A stretch of DNA of 64,000 bases from assembly GCF_006345805.1 (NCBI RefSeq), contig NC_043008.1, forward strand, positions 61,070,001 through 61,134,000. Reading direction: 5' to 3'. A program made the position numbers and the translations under genes. The stretch comes from Octopus sinensis (taxonomy: Eukaryota). The stretch's first letter is position 1. Every line of letters begins with the position of its first letter. The notes under the pieces were generated by a model, which was not told the DNA's origin, made no database searches, and was given only the letters and a program-made list of their open reading frames with translations. Of this stretch, positions 12,890 through 25,697 are shown in pieces.

Positions 12890-14147
12890 TTAGGTTGTTC
12901 TGAAAATAATGGCCGATTTCAGAAACATAATTTTATTCTGGAAAAATTAACAATAGAACTGTTTTGATTAATCAAAGTATGAGTCGTGAATATCTATGCA
13001 TCTCTGCCATCGATCAACGAGATTATTTAGGCTTTGATAAAAACTTATTGGCTTTGATGCTAAGAAATCTTTGAAAGCTCATACCACCTCCTGTTTAGAC
13101 CTGAAAGTTTTATCACAAACGCGCTAAAATGCTTTAAAAAATGGTAGTCAGTGGGTGAAGTATCCGGAGAAAACGGAAGACGTAGTAAAGTCTCGTATTC
13201 CAAGTTTCTGGAGCATTATATTTGCAACATGTGGCTTTGCAGTAATGGGGAGCAGAATTGGGGCACGCCGATTCACCAGTGCAGGTTTAATTTTTTGCAA
13301 GTAGGCATGCGTTACAGAGATTTGGTTGCAGCAAACCCTAGGTGTAATGCTCTGATTGGCTTCCAGAAAGCTGTAATGCACAACACCAATTGCAGACAAC
13401 CAGACAATCACCATAATCTTTTTCTTTGGCTTTGGGAAATGTTTGGGTTACTCATCATGATCAAACCATTGACCTGATCGTTTACGGTTATAATTAAGGA
13501 TCAACTTTTCGTCACATGCGACTATTCGGTCAAGAAAAAGATCATTGGTGTTTCGGAGAAAGAGCATCGAGCACACTTCAAATCACCGAACATTTTGATT
13601 TTCATTGAGCTCTAGCGGTACCCATTTATCGAGATTTTTCACCTTACCAATCTTCTGTAGATTGCGTGAGACCGTTGCAATAACGACACCATGTGTCTGA
13701 GACATTTCTCTGACACTTTGACGTGGGGTTTATTCAACAATTGCTTTCAATTGTTCATATCCAAGACTGCGCGATCGTCCTCTATCTTTTTCATCTTCAT
13801 GGCTCTCATCACCACAACGGAAATTCTGAAACCACCTTCGTACTGTGCGATGACTTGTGGAATCCTCTCTCCATGCTCTGTTAATATTGGTAGCAGTTTA
13901 GGGGGCACTGCACCCAAGATTAACTCATGCAAGTAAAGTTAGCGAATATCATATTTTGTCATGTTCATGAATAAGGGCACATATGCTTCAAGAATGTTTT
14001 CTGTCTGAAATAATTAGAAAATTATTAAAGAGCATACATCAATTATTAAGTATGTCGAAATTCATCTAAAATATAATTAAAATACTATGATAAAACTGGG
14101 TTTCAAAACACAACGTTTAAAGCGCCATTATTTTCGGAACAACCGAG
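12890..14147 (-). mobile_element. Full-length decayed mariner transposon (about 1.26 kb) with TIRs and TA TSD
   Basis: TIRs TTAGGTTGTTCTGAAAATAATGGCCG (12890-) and CGCCATTATTTTCGGAACAACCGAG (-14147), flanked by TA. Minus-strand translation includes FRCGDESHED, KWVPLELNE, DRIVACDEK, MVIVWLSAIGVVHY and SPTDYHF, with stops and frameshifts. Confidence 0.9.
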
Positions 14148-14432
14148 TAATAGTAAATTTAGCCTACAATGGGATATATACCGTAGAGCTCAACCATACA
14201 CAACCGATATGCATGTGAACTACGCTGTATGGAGATGTACGGAATATTCAAATATAAACAAAACCTAATCAATAATATAAACAAATATAAACAAAACCTA
14301 ATCGATAATATATATTGTGTTCATAGAATTAACCGTGCCTTCAAATTCTTTAGAAGCAGGTAATTATAAATATATTATACTATGATTTGGTAACACGATT
14401 TATCCGGTGTATCATTTCATTCATAGCATATC

Positions 14433-15500
14433 CTCTATTATCTCGATATATTTGTAGTATTGCTTTGTAATATCCACTTTGATCAGTAATCTTTCAATAA
14501 GTATATTAAATATGTACCCTTTCGGAATTTGGATAAGCTTCCCTTATATTAAATAGCAATGGATTCCCTTATAGTAAATAGCAATGGATTACTAAATCTT
14601 ACACCTCCCCTGAGTATAAAGTATATCCCTCAGGAACTGTTATTATGCTACCTAAATCAGTGTCTTTGGTAAAGTTTAGAAAATATTTTATAAACCTATT
14701 TTGAAAGGTGTCTTTATTTTTACTTTACTTTTTCAATTAGCATTTTATATACATATTTTTTATTTTTATAGGGTATTATGATAATAACATATCTAAGAAT
14801 ACTTTTCATTATACCAATATAATTTACAGTTTATATCCCTATTTATAAAATCATCCTTTTTACATTTTATGTTTTCTTTATTTATCCTTTTTTTTTACTA
14901 CTGTTATACATTTCATATAATTCAAAAAGAAATATTTTATAAAAGTTTTATAAAAATATTTAAGTTTTTATATCTTTATACCTTATATTATCAATTTTTT
15001 ATATATCTATGTACCCTCCTATGCATTTGTGTAGCTTCTATCGATTATAAAGGTGTTTTCAATCTCTTTTCATAACACTTACTGTAAAATAAAATATCAT
15101 ATTTTATATTTATTACTACGCATTATGCTTTATAAAGTCGTGTGTGTGCAGGTGATATTTTTATACATTCGTACATCATTTCATAATTTTTCCTAGTATT
15201 TGTAATTTACAATTATTTTATCATGAAGTTCTTTTTATTAAATTTACTGGATATGGAAATCTTTATTTGATTTTAGTATATCTTTTAATCATGCAATATT
15301 CATTAAATGTTTACATACCCAAACCGGTTTAACTATTGCATCCGAATGCACCTTATACACTCTATTATCTCGATATATATGTAGTATAGCTTTCTATTAA
15401 CCACTTTGATCAGTAATATTTCAATAAGTATATGTACCCTTTCGGAATTGGGATTAGCTTCCCTTATATTAAATAGCAATGGATTCCCTTATAGTAAATA
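14433..15500. repeat. Imperfect ~145-bp direct repeat (14433-14580 and 15360-15500) flanking very AT-rich DNA
   Basis: Both copies read CTCTATTATCTCGATATA..CCACTTTGATCAGTAAT..GTACCCTTTCGGAATT..GCTTCCCTTATATTAAATAGCAATGGATTCCCTTATAGTAAATA. Confidence 0.8.
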
Positions 15501-15659
15501 ACAATATACCTCTACTTCAATTACCCATTATATTCGGTTCCACATTTTCGGTATCTTATACTTATCCACCCATAATGAAGAAAATAGTCCTTGTTATTGC
15601 TTTAATATATACTACGTACTCCTTTTCATATGATATTTTGATTTAGTTATGCATTCATT

Positions 15660-15950
15660 ATCACGTGATCACGTGATCACGTGACTGACTAGACCATCCG
15701 ATGTTGTTACACATCGCTGGTCACAATGCGTTCGCATTGTTTTAGCCTTCGAATGACGCCACCCCGCTGGCTAAGCGAGCAGGCCAACAGAAGAAAGAGT
15801 GAGAGAAAGAGTGGTGAAAGAGTACAGCAGGGATCACCACCCCTTGCCGGAGCCTCGTGGAACTTCTAGGTGTTTTCGATCAATAAACACTCACAACGCC
15901 CGGTCTGGGAATCGAAACCGCTGCCCTAACCACTAGGCCATTGCGCCTCC
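15660..15950 (-). mobile_element. OR-type tRNA-derived SINE with alternative 3' tail ending in TCACGTGA repeats
   Basis: Same head as 11857 with a small internal deletion, and a different tail. TSD GCATTCATT at 15651-15659 and 15953-15961. Confidence 0.8.
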
Positions 15951-16530
15951 ACGCATTCATTTATAGAATGTTTATATCATAGCTTTCTTCACAATATAAG
16001 AAAAACCTAAACAGTTTTTCTTATATATCAAAGTATCCCATTATTAGGTTTTAAACTTACATTCTATCCTTTTTCTATATATTGATTTAAATTTTCTTAA
16101 TTTAATATAGTAAATTTGTTTAGTAATAAATTGCTATTTTCCGTATCATTCAATTCTAATTTCCACCCTAAAGTATATATTACTTATCTCTTTTGCTTTT
16201 CATTACATTCTCCTTTACTTGATAGTCTAAATAAGATTTGGCCACCCCTATCCTTCTTTCTTCTAGTTATCACCTCTTCCCCATCAGTCATTCTATTACT
16301 TGCCTCTCTGTGACATATCCTTTTATGTAGATAAAGAGAAATAAATGGTTCCAGTCTAGGAGATTGACATCAATTGATTAATCACCATCAACTAGAATAC
16401 AGTTGACAACTCCCAATGGATTTAATTCTAAATGCTTGAACACTACATGCTACATAAAATCAAAGCATAAATGTCTACGTCACCACTCCTATTTTCTTGA
16501 CCCCCATCATTTTCCTCAGCTATTCTCTAA

Positions 16531-16790
16531 ATTATCATCATCATCATCATTGTTCGACCGTGGTTGAGACAATGGAATTTACCATGCTACGCCAGACTTC
16601 ACGGTCCATCATGGCATTACGGAGGTCCTGTTGCTGGATGCCTGTATCCCTGGAGATTACATCAGGGTAGGAGAGTGTGCGCCCTCTGGTATTGCGAGTA
16701 GATGGCTTCCAAAGGAGAAGAGTAGAAATTACTTCTTTTTCAGCTCTACAACAATGTCCAGCAAACTGGACTCTCCTACCTTTCACAATT
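16531..16790 (-). mobile_element. RTE-group LINE 3' end with (TGA)n tail
   Basis: RRVQFAGHCCRAEKEVISTLLLWKP..RGRTLSYPDVISRDTG..AMMDREVWRSMV*, followed directly by a TGA repeat tail. Confidence 0.8.
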
Positions 16791-17335
16791 ATAGTAGGCT
16801 TAACAAGATATGCATACTTTTCTAAATTCATTCTGCCACAGATATAACATAAAGAAAGAATGTTATTAATCGGGTTTCTATTATTCATATAAATTTGTTA
16901 AAAAATGGTCTATCCTTTATGAACTTTTATATCGACATCTGAATAAAGCGGGATCTTTCAAACTAATGTAATGTTTTTATTAATCAATTAAATGACATCG
17001 CTTGAAATGTACGTAATATATTGGTACCTGTACATCATTGTTACTTTTTGATATTCTTTTCACCTAACTGGGAATCTGCACTTCGGAAATATTATAGAAA
17101 GTACTTTTATGAAAAGTACATATCTGAATTACCGAGAGATGCTATCTTCAATTGGATTGCGTTGTCTGCATACACGACAGGAATATTAGATACAGACACA
17201 TCTACACGGAGTCTTGATACTAAATATTTGAAAAATGTTATTGGACTGTGCGGTTTATACAGAACTAGCAAGGTACCTTAATTTAAGTACTTGATCTACT
17301 GAATTTTAATTATATTTTATGTACATGTATATATG

Positions 17336-17382
<47 letters not shown>

Positions 17383-17403
17383 TTATATATATATATTATA
17401 TAT

Positions 17404-17419
<16 letters not shown>

Positions 17420-17437
<18 letters not shown>

Positions 17438-18337
17438 GTTAATCCAAACAAGAAAACACAGAAAAAAAGAGATAAAAACACAGCAACGCAGGACGTGGAA
17501 CAATTAAAGTATTATTGACGCTCAGGAAAGAAGGGAAGGAGGTTTTAACGTTTCGAGCGGAGCTCTTCGTCGGAAAAAAGGAGAAGGAAAGATCCCAAGG
17601 AGGGAAGACAGAGGAGAAAATATTTGAGCTGGTGGTGCTCAAGAGATCACATGTTGATATGTATATGTATACTATAATTTAGAGTATCTAAGAGATACCA
17701 CCACACTTGAAATAGCAGCCAAAACCTGACTCTGAAACCACATTAAATGTTCATACAGCACAGGAGAGAGAGGATAAAAGTATAAAATAAACTAGCAAAA
17801 AATTACTGGATAATTCCAGATCTCGGATTTCTGACTCTGCTGGAGAAATGTTTTGCCTCTTCAATGGAATATACAGATATATATATGTATATATATAGTT
17901 AATCCAAACAAGAAAACACAGAAAAAAAGAGATAAAAACACAGCAACGCAGGACGTGGAACAATTAAAGTATTATTGACGCTCAGGAAGAAGGGAAGGAG
18001 GTTTTAACGTTTCGAGCGGAGCTCTTCGTCGGAAAAAAGGAGAAGGAAAGATCCCAAGGAGGGAAGACAGAGGAGAAAATATTTGAGCTGGTGGTGCTCA
18101 AGAGATCACATGTTGATATGTATATGTATACTATAATTTAGAGTATCTAAGAGATACCACCACACTTGAAATAGCAGCCAAAACCTGACTCTGAAACCAC
18201 ATTAAATGTTCATACAGCACAGGAGAGAGGATAAAAGTATAAAATAAACTAGCAAAAAATTACTGGATAATTCCAGATCTCGGATTTCTGACTCTGCTGG
18301 AGAAATGTTTTGCCTCTTCAATGGAATATACAGATAT
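17420..18337. repeat. Tandem duplication, ~458-bp unit, each copy carrying a minimal hammerhead-like motif
   Basis: Units begin ATATAGTTAATCCAAAC at about 17434 and 17894 and differ only by 1-2 nt indels. Motifs at 17543-17577 and 18002-18036 (minus strand). Confidence 0.9.
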
Positions 18338-18419
18338 ATATACGTATAACATACAAATACTTACATATACGAACGTATACATACATATATATGCACGTAT
18401 GCACACGACCAGTCTAAAT

Positions 18420-18800
18420 TGCCCGCTTATAACTTCTCGTCCTTGCGTAGCTTTGGAACAAACATAGCACAAATTTTGTACATGTCTATATCTTCATTAT
18501 CAATTGTGTGCAACCTTGACACACCATCAACGAACAATATGTTTATTGCTCTTATGAATACACAACATTTTTTATTCACAACATTGCGAATTTTCTTAAC
18601 CAGTTCTGATGCTTTGACGTTATCTATACTACACATTTTATCTTCTCTCTCCACCTCTCTTCTGTACTTGAGCCTCTTGTACCAGCAACAATGTAACTTC
18701 CTAAGCAATAGGGAGCATTTCATAAGAATCTATAGCACTTTTTCTCATTTTAACATGAAATTTAACGCATAGCGACCTTCCAAACGTCCAAGGTGTATTC
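18420..18800 (-). pseudogene. Mariner/Tc1-like transposase N-terminal fragment
   Basis: WYKRLKYRREVERED..SIDNVKASELVKKIRNVV..TIDNEDIDMYKICAMFVPKL resembles the HTH..GRE.VED..AKFVPKL pattern. Confidence 0.65.
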
Positions 18801-19266
18801 TGCAAACTAGTTAGCAATAACAAACAGTGTTTACTAGGATGTGTTCAAAGTGTTGTTACAGCCGTTTTCTTCGATCTGGAATAGCAAAATTTGGCATCTT
18901 AGCTTATTATCTATACAATAATGATATACAATAAATAACAACATTTATAGTTATAAGATAGTTATAACTGCTTCTCGTAAAAAAAGTTTCAAATTTTCTT
19001 AAATGCACCTCGTTTCTATGGAAAAAGTACTCTATAATATATGGCGTCTCGTTGTTTTACAGGTTTGAAAGTGTCATGGATTTCAAATTTAAACTGGGAA
19101 TAGGCAAACACAAACTACTATTTTGTGTGTTTGTGTGCTTATGTGTTAAAAAGTAGTATTGAAATAATTCATTATGCGCATTAAAACAATCACAACGTAT
19201 ATATATATATGTATGCAGGTATGTATGCATGCATGTATGTATGTATATATATATATATAATATATA

Positions 19267-19313
<47 letters not shown>

Positions 19314-21499
19314 CATCATATGAAAATGCATTCATTCCATTATAATTATACAGCATTAGTTCATTAACATCTAAACCTAAGACTATTTCTTTTCTTTTCT
19401 TTCTCCGGCATTTTCAGCATTACGTTTGGTAGTCATAATAGTGCAAGTAATCTTTTAATCGTTGCCTGAACAAGTAAGCAGCACTTTTTAAGTACTTCAC
19501 AGATGCAAGCTTACACTTAATTACAAACTGCCAATTAATGTACAATAATTATCGAGACATCGAGATGTGAATAGCAGTTTCACAACCAGAGATTGATAAT
19601 TAATGAAAAGTATATCAGTTATGCGATAGTTTTGCAGCCTCAAGTCAACAATCTCGAGCTTTAATTATTGATTCATGAAAAGAAACTTCTGTGGATTCAT
19701 CCTAATTTCTGCATCAAAGGAAAAACCAAAATAATATGCATATCATACTGTGAATTATGTAACAGCTTTTTAAATTGGTTTTCCACATTTATTAGCCCGC
19801 GCTTTACACCTGTTGAGACAGTTTGGCTCCACAAAGTATTTCCCTACTGTGATGGAAGATATAAAAAGCACTTACTAAACTCAGCTGAGATAATAAAAGT
19901 GAAGTAGCTGATCATATTCGTGACATAGATAGGAGTTCCAAACGCTTCCATCATACCGATTTTTCTGATCCTTAATCCCAACGAGTACATTAATTTACTC
20001 TACTTAGCTTCGAAGTTTCAGTTTTGAGAAATGCATACATACGTTTGTATATGTACATCCAAGGATGCTTGTCTGCGTAAGTTAGGAAACGGTGACGATT
20101 GCGAATTCTCTAAATATAATTAAAAAACTTATGCTTATACGCGAAACAAAATAATCTAATATTGGGGCGTGTAAGCCCTCATCGGAAAAAAATGCATATT
20201 AATGTGCGCTCATACTATTACCTATTTTATATGCCCCATTATTAGATTATTTTCTCTAGGCAATATATTGTGTATATATATATATATACATATACTAGAG
20301 GTGCCCCAGCATGGCCACAGCCTTAGGGCAGAAACATATAAAAGAATAAACAAATATCCAAATTTAGGGAATGGATCAGGTAAAATCCAACCTACTTATG
20401 TTTCCTAGCTAGCAAAAATTTGGAACTGGAAATTACTTAACGTGGGGTATTCCATTGGCTATTCATCAGGCCGAACATACCTTAGTTAAATGAAAGTTAC
20501 ATCGCCGTCAAGGGATCTCCAGTTAACTTCGAGGAGATTTAATCGAAAATGATCAAATGAATGAGTGAACAAGAAAGAAAAGCAAATGTGTGAAGAACTA
20601 AGGAAAGTGCAAATGTCTAAAGTTATTCAGAAAAAGAATATGAATAAGGGGAAAGAGCGGAGGAAGAAAAGACAGAAAAATTAGGTAAGAATGAACAATT
20701 TTTTTTAGCTTATCGAACTTCGATACAGGAAAAAATTACGACCTTCCACAAACTGCAAAAAGCTTTCTAATTTCTTACATCTGGATAATTGGATAATTAC
20801 ATTTACGCACACACACACACACACACGCGCGCGCACACACATACACGCATCTATATAGATAGTTATAAATTTAGCGTACTTTTAAATACATAGGAGATGC
20901 CTTGACAGGACACCTACTAGCATACTAGAAGGACCAGTCAAACACCAAACCACGGTTAGGGGTAATTTCGAAGGGAATAAAAAATAGAAACATTTATCAT
21001 ATTTCGTTACCGGACCATGGTTTCGAACTTTAATTAACAAATAAAATAATTTGCTAGGTGATGTTCTCACCAGCGGGTACACCAAAGATTAACATATAAT
21101 TACGAGGCAGAATAGCTCATGTCTCATCTTTGTATATTATATTTCATATCCACCGCGCAAGTGCGTGTTTTTCAGTGGCAAATAAAATGTCGACTTCTAA
21201 ATTGCTAAAATCATATTAGAAAAAAATACAGGTTAGGAAAAGTTATAGAAATTTTTGGACTATTTTCTGAATTATAGGCTACAGGTAGACAAAATTTCTA
21301 TAATTTTTCCTACCCTGTATATTTTTCCTAATAGATAGATAGGGAGAGAGATAAATATATAGATAGAGATAGATAGATAGTGAGAGAGATAGAGAGATAG
21401 ATAGATGGTTACATAGATTGATTGATTGATTGACTGACTGAAATATGAATGATAAGCAGCTGGAGGGATATATAGACAATATAGAGCATGCATTCACAA

Positions 21500-22245
21500 A
21501 ATGCTTGCTTTGCTAGACCGTGGGTAGGCTGGTATGAAACGTTCGGACATACCAGCAGATGGTTTTACAACGTTTTGTATATGGTAATAGACAAACAGGA
21601 ATAAACATCCATGTCTACCGCTCCTACATGGAATCTGATGCGAGTTATCGTGCTGTTCTAGCTATTCTAGGTATTTGATGTATTGTAATTGGTACGCCTT
21701 AAGGAAGAGTGTACGATTGTTTAAACATAGTCACGGCCCAAGACAGTCCTCTTTGGGACACCACTGGTGAATTTTGCTGGACTTGAGTGGATTCCCCGGA
21801 TTCCACGGATTCTATATTTGACAATTTTGACGGTAGTATATTGTGTCCAATTCTTTCGGTCGCTATGCTAATATTAAGATATATAACATCAGAGTTCGAA
21901 CCAGAACCTAAGTCTTTAAGGACATCATCGATATGGCGTAAAAGCTGTGCTAGACAGTCTCCGTCTCAGCAAAGGCCATGGTGGTTCGAATTTAGAAGAT
22001 TGTGACGTCCAAGAAGCCAACTAGTCTTGATCACACCAGTCTTTCAATCATTCTGATGATATGAAAGACGAATGAGACTGGGTGGTAGGTGACTTCGAGG
22101 CAGCTGTTTCCCTATTTGAAAACCGGGATGATAGAATGAGATAAGAGGTGTTTCGATATATAGCCTGAGTATAAAGAATTTCCCCAGAGGTTGATTATGG
22201 GTAATGCAAGTCGGTGTCTACATACCTTCAGGACAGTAGCAGGAA
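21500..22245 (-). pseudogene. Decayed CR1-type reverse transcriptase fragment
   Basis: PATVLKVCRHRLALPI..SIIPVFK*G..YHPVSF..IIRMIERLV..NHHGLC..CLAQLLRHIDDVL..DVIYLN, then a GVPKRTVLG-like segment. Confidence 0.75.
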
Positions 22246-22276
22246 ACAGAATAGTACTTGATTCATTTATCGCTGC

Positions 22277-22310
<34 letters not shown>

Positions 22311-22312
22311 AT

Positions 22313-22364
<52 letters not shown>

Positions 22365-22374
22365 TATATATCTG

Positions 22375-22715
22375 AGTCTGAGACGCCCTTCCGTCACGAC
22401 ACTGACCATGGGATTGCACCTAGAAAGTTACCCTCCAAGGGCAAGTCCGGGCAAGGTTGTTTGCGGAAGGCGAGCAGTCGCCCATGCATATCGGCCTCAC
22501 CTCTCCACACCACCGATGTTATCCAAGGGAAAGGCAAGGACCGATACAGCTTGGCACCTGTGACGTCGCAACTCATTTCCACAGGTAAGTGAACTGGAAC
22601 AACGTGAAATAAAGTGTCTTGCTCAAGAACACAACACGCAGCCCGGTCCGAGATTCGAGCTCACAACCTCACGATCGTAAGCTCGACGCTGAAATCACTG
22701 AGCTATGCGCCTCCA
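22375..22715 (-). mobile_element. tRNA-derived SINE (third family; TTGAGCAAGACACTT central motif)
   Basis: Reverse complement starts TGGAGGCGCATAGCTCAGTG..GAGCTCGAATCTC..GTGTTCTTGAGCAAGACACTTT. Confidence 0.75.
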
Positions 22716-22726
22716 CAATACCACAA

Positions 22727-22799
<73 letters not shown>

Positions 22800-23188
22800 A
22801 TATATATATATATATATGTATATATGCATATATATATAAATATGTACATATATATATGTATGAAAATATATGTGTGTGTGTGTGTATGTGTGTGCATGTG
22901 GGCGTGTGTGTGTTTACGTGTGTGTATTAGAAGAAGGAATACCGCATATTTACATTCAGATGACCTCTCAAATAAAGTCGTGGTGCATAAGAGCACTTCT
23001 AATTATATCGTTGAGAAATGAAAACCGTTCGCAAAAGAGGGGGCCATTTAAATGATTACCAGATTGATAATAGCTACACAACAAGTCGGTGCATAGCATA
23101 GCTCTAGTTCAATGACTTCAACAAGTAATGGACGAGACGAATGAGGAAGTATATATATATACATACATATATATATATATATACATAC

Positions 23189-23230
<42 letters not shown>

Positions 23231-23234
<4 letters not shown>

Positions 23235-24767
23235 GCGGCTACGTATCCACAATTGTCCTTATACGATAAGTATATTTTTTCTCTAGCATTGATACGACTC
23301 TTAATCTGTCTCTTTCTCTCTCTCTCTCCTCCCTTATTCCCCTTCCTTTCTTTCCCTCTCCATCCGTCTCCCCACCCCCTTCTACGTTTCTCTATCTCTC
23401 TCACCTCCAGCCCCCTCGATCTGTCTCCTTCTTCTCCTCCCTCATCCACCTTCTCTCTCTTTTCATCTGTCCCTTTCTCCTGTCTTTTGTTCTCACGTGA
23501 CCGCTAGCCGCTGTTGAGCGCTCTTTTTGTTTCAGCAGTCGCAGAAGCAACACGTATTTGTTCGTCTCCCCGCGGCCATTAGGTACAACTTCACAAGCCA
23601 GCCCCATACTCAACTCGTCCTGTCGAAAGACCCTTGTCTTACGTCCTGGTTTTGTTTTGTTGTTTATTTTTTATTTTTACCGTTATTGTTTTTACGTTTT
23701 TCTATTCTTATTGGTGTCACGTATTCTGTATTTTTGTTCGTGTACTTCGTTCGTTTTCCGTCCTCGTGTTGTATACATTCGAGCTTTCTTCCAGGGGATC
23801 TAATGCGCTTGGCTTAGATTTCCCTTGGCGGGCTGGCCATATCGGAGCAATCTCAAGATTAATCAGCCGAAATTGCTAAGATGATCTGGTTCTTGACTGA
23901 TGACTGAGGGCTTCGAATGTCCCGTCCTGTGGTTCTTGTGTCGTCTCTGTGGTGTTTCATGTTCTTGTCCATGTCTGTAATTATTTTTACTGTTTACCTA
24001 TATAATCGGCGGCTACGTATCCACAATTGTCCTTATACGATAAGTATATTTTTTCTCTAGCATTGATACGACTCTTAATCTGTCTCTTTCTCTCTCTCTC
24101 TCCTCCCTTATTCCCCTTCCTTTTTTTCCCTCTCCATCCGTCTCCCCCCTTCTACGTTTCTCTATCTCTCTCACCTCCAGCCCCCTCGATCTGTCTCCTT
24201 CTTCTCCTCCCTCGTCCACCTTCTCTCTCTTTTCATCTGTCCCTTTCTCCTGTCTTTTGTTCTCACGTGACCGCTAGCCGCTGTTGAGCGCTCTTTTTGT
24301 TTCAGCAGTCGCAGAAGCAACACGTATTTGTTCGTCTCCCCGCGGCCATTAGGCACAACTTCACAAGCCAGCCCCATACTCAACTCGTCCTGTCGAAAGA
24401 CCCTTGTCTTACGTCCTGGTTTTGTTTTGTTGTTTATTTTTTATTTTTACCGTTATTGTTTTTACGTTTTTCTATTCTTATTGGTGTCACGTATTCTGTA
24501 TTTTTGTTCGTGTACTTCGTTCGTTTTCCGTCCTCGTGTTGTATACATTCGAAGCTTTCTTCCAGGGGATCTAATGCGCTTGGCTTAGATTTCCCTTGGC
24601 GGGCTGGCCATATCGGAGCAATCTCAAGATTAATCAGCCGAAATTGCTAAGATGATCTGGTTCTTGACTGATGACTGAGGGCTTCGAATGTCCCGTCCTG
24701 TGGTTCTTGTGTCGTCTCTGTGGTGTTTCATGTTCTTGTCCATGTCTGTAATTATTTTTACTGTTTA

Positions 24768-24771
<4 letters not shown>
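23231..24771. repeat. Tandem duplication, ~770-bp unit (23231-24000 and 24005-24771), bounded by (TA)n arrays
   Basis: Both units start ATCGGCGGCTACG and end TGTTTACCTA. They differ by several substitutions (GGTACAAC/GGCACAAC, CTCATCC/CTCGTCC) and small indels. Confidence 0.9.
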
Positions 24772-24841
<70 letters not shown>

Positions 24842-24915
24842 TGCATACATTTATATGTTTATGTATGCATATATCTAGGTAAATATATATATTATATATT
24901 ATATACATTCGTATG

Positions 24916-24984
<69 letters not shown>

Positions 24985-25086
24985 ATATATATATATATAT
25001 GTATGTATATATATATACATTATATATATATACATATATATTATATATATCATATATATATATATATAATATATATATAATATACA

Positions 25087-25118
<32 letters not shown>

Positions 25119-25201
25119 CATATATATATATTATATACATATATATATATATTATATATATATATAATATATATATATATGTATATATGCATATATATAT
25201 A

Positions 25202-25287
<86 letters not shown>
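24772..25287. repeat. Long interrupted (TA)n microsatellite (one of many in the window)
   Basis: Seen directly. It produces the spurious IY/YI ORFs. Confidence 0.95.
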
Positions 25288-25289
<2 letters not shown>

Positions 25290-25643
25290 AACCTGTGTGT
25301 GTGATCGTCTGTTTGTGTAAGCCTTTGTGTATGCATGTGTATACTCATGCTTGTGTATGACTGTGTGTGTCGGTGTGCTTGTTTAAGCGACTAGGAGGTT
25401 TGGAGATCGCATCGTGGGCATTTCCATTGTCTTTGATCTTGTGAAATGACCACGACTGAAAAAAATTCTATACGGTCGAGACTGCCGTTAATTAGACTCC
25501 TCCAAGTAAAATATAAAATCACATATAAAAAAATTAATTCATATCATGTATTCAGTACTAAGTTTGAAAAATGACGACATCGTTTCCAGCCTATCAGGAG
25601 GACAAGCAACAATTTATATTCACGCACATACAGGCGCGTAACG

Positions 25644-25697
<54 letters not shown>

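Larger units (their letters stand above)
11600..14330 (+). mobile_element. Old Penelope-like element fragment (RT C-terminus, Asn-rich linker, Cys motif, decayed GIY-YIG), interrupted by a SINE and a mariner
   Basis: Removing the SINE joins WYNIPFSSVISTNIYNKF to IAIWEKTF..KPFSRRRIKVSYSTIRYIVMII (the WFNPPFS..TN..IKVSYS motif). SCNCREGSQCPL lies at about 12800 and IIYENLV just before the mariner. The endonuclease continuation after 14149 is weak, and both outer boundaries are approximate. Confidence 0.7.

Noticed and set aside
17021-17281. 86-aa ORF with non-repetitive composition and a possible AAG|GTACCT donor
   Set aside because: No good acceptor, no recognisable motif, and the antisense frame is similarly open. 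It needs RNA-seq or BLAST before any call.
23905-23945. CTGATGA..CGAATGTC as a hammerhead in the 770-bp tandem unit (also at about 24667)
   Set aside because: GAAA reads GAAT, there is no G-C closing pair for stem II, and stem I does not pair.
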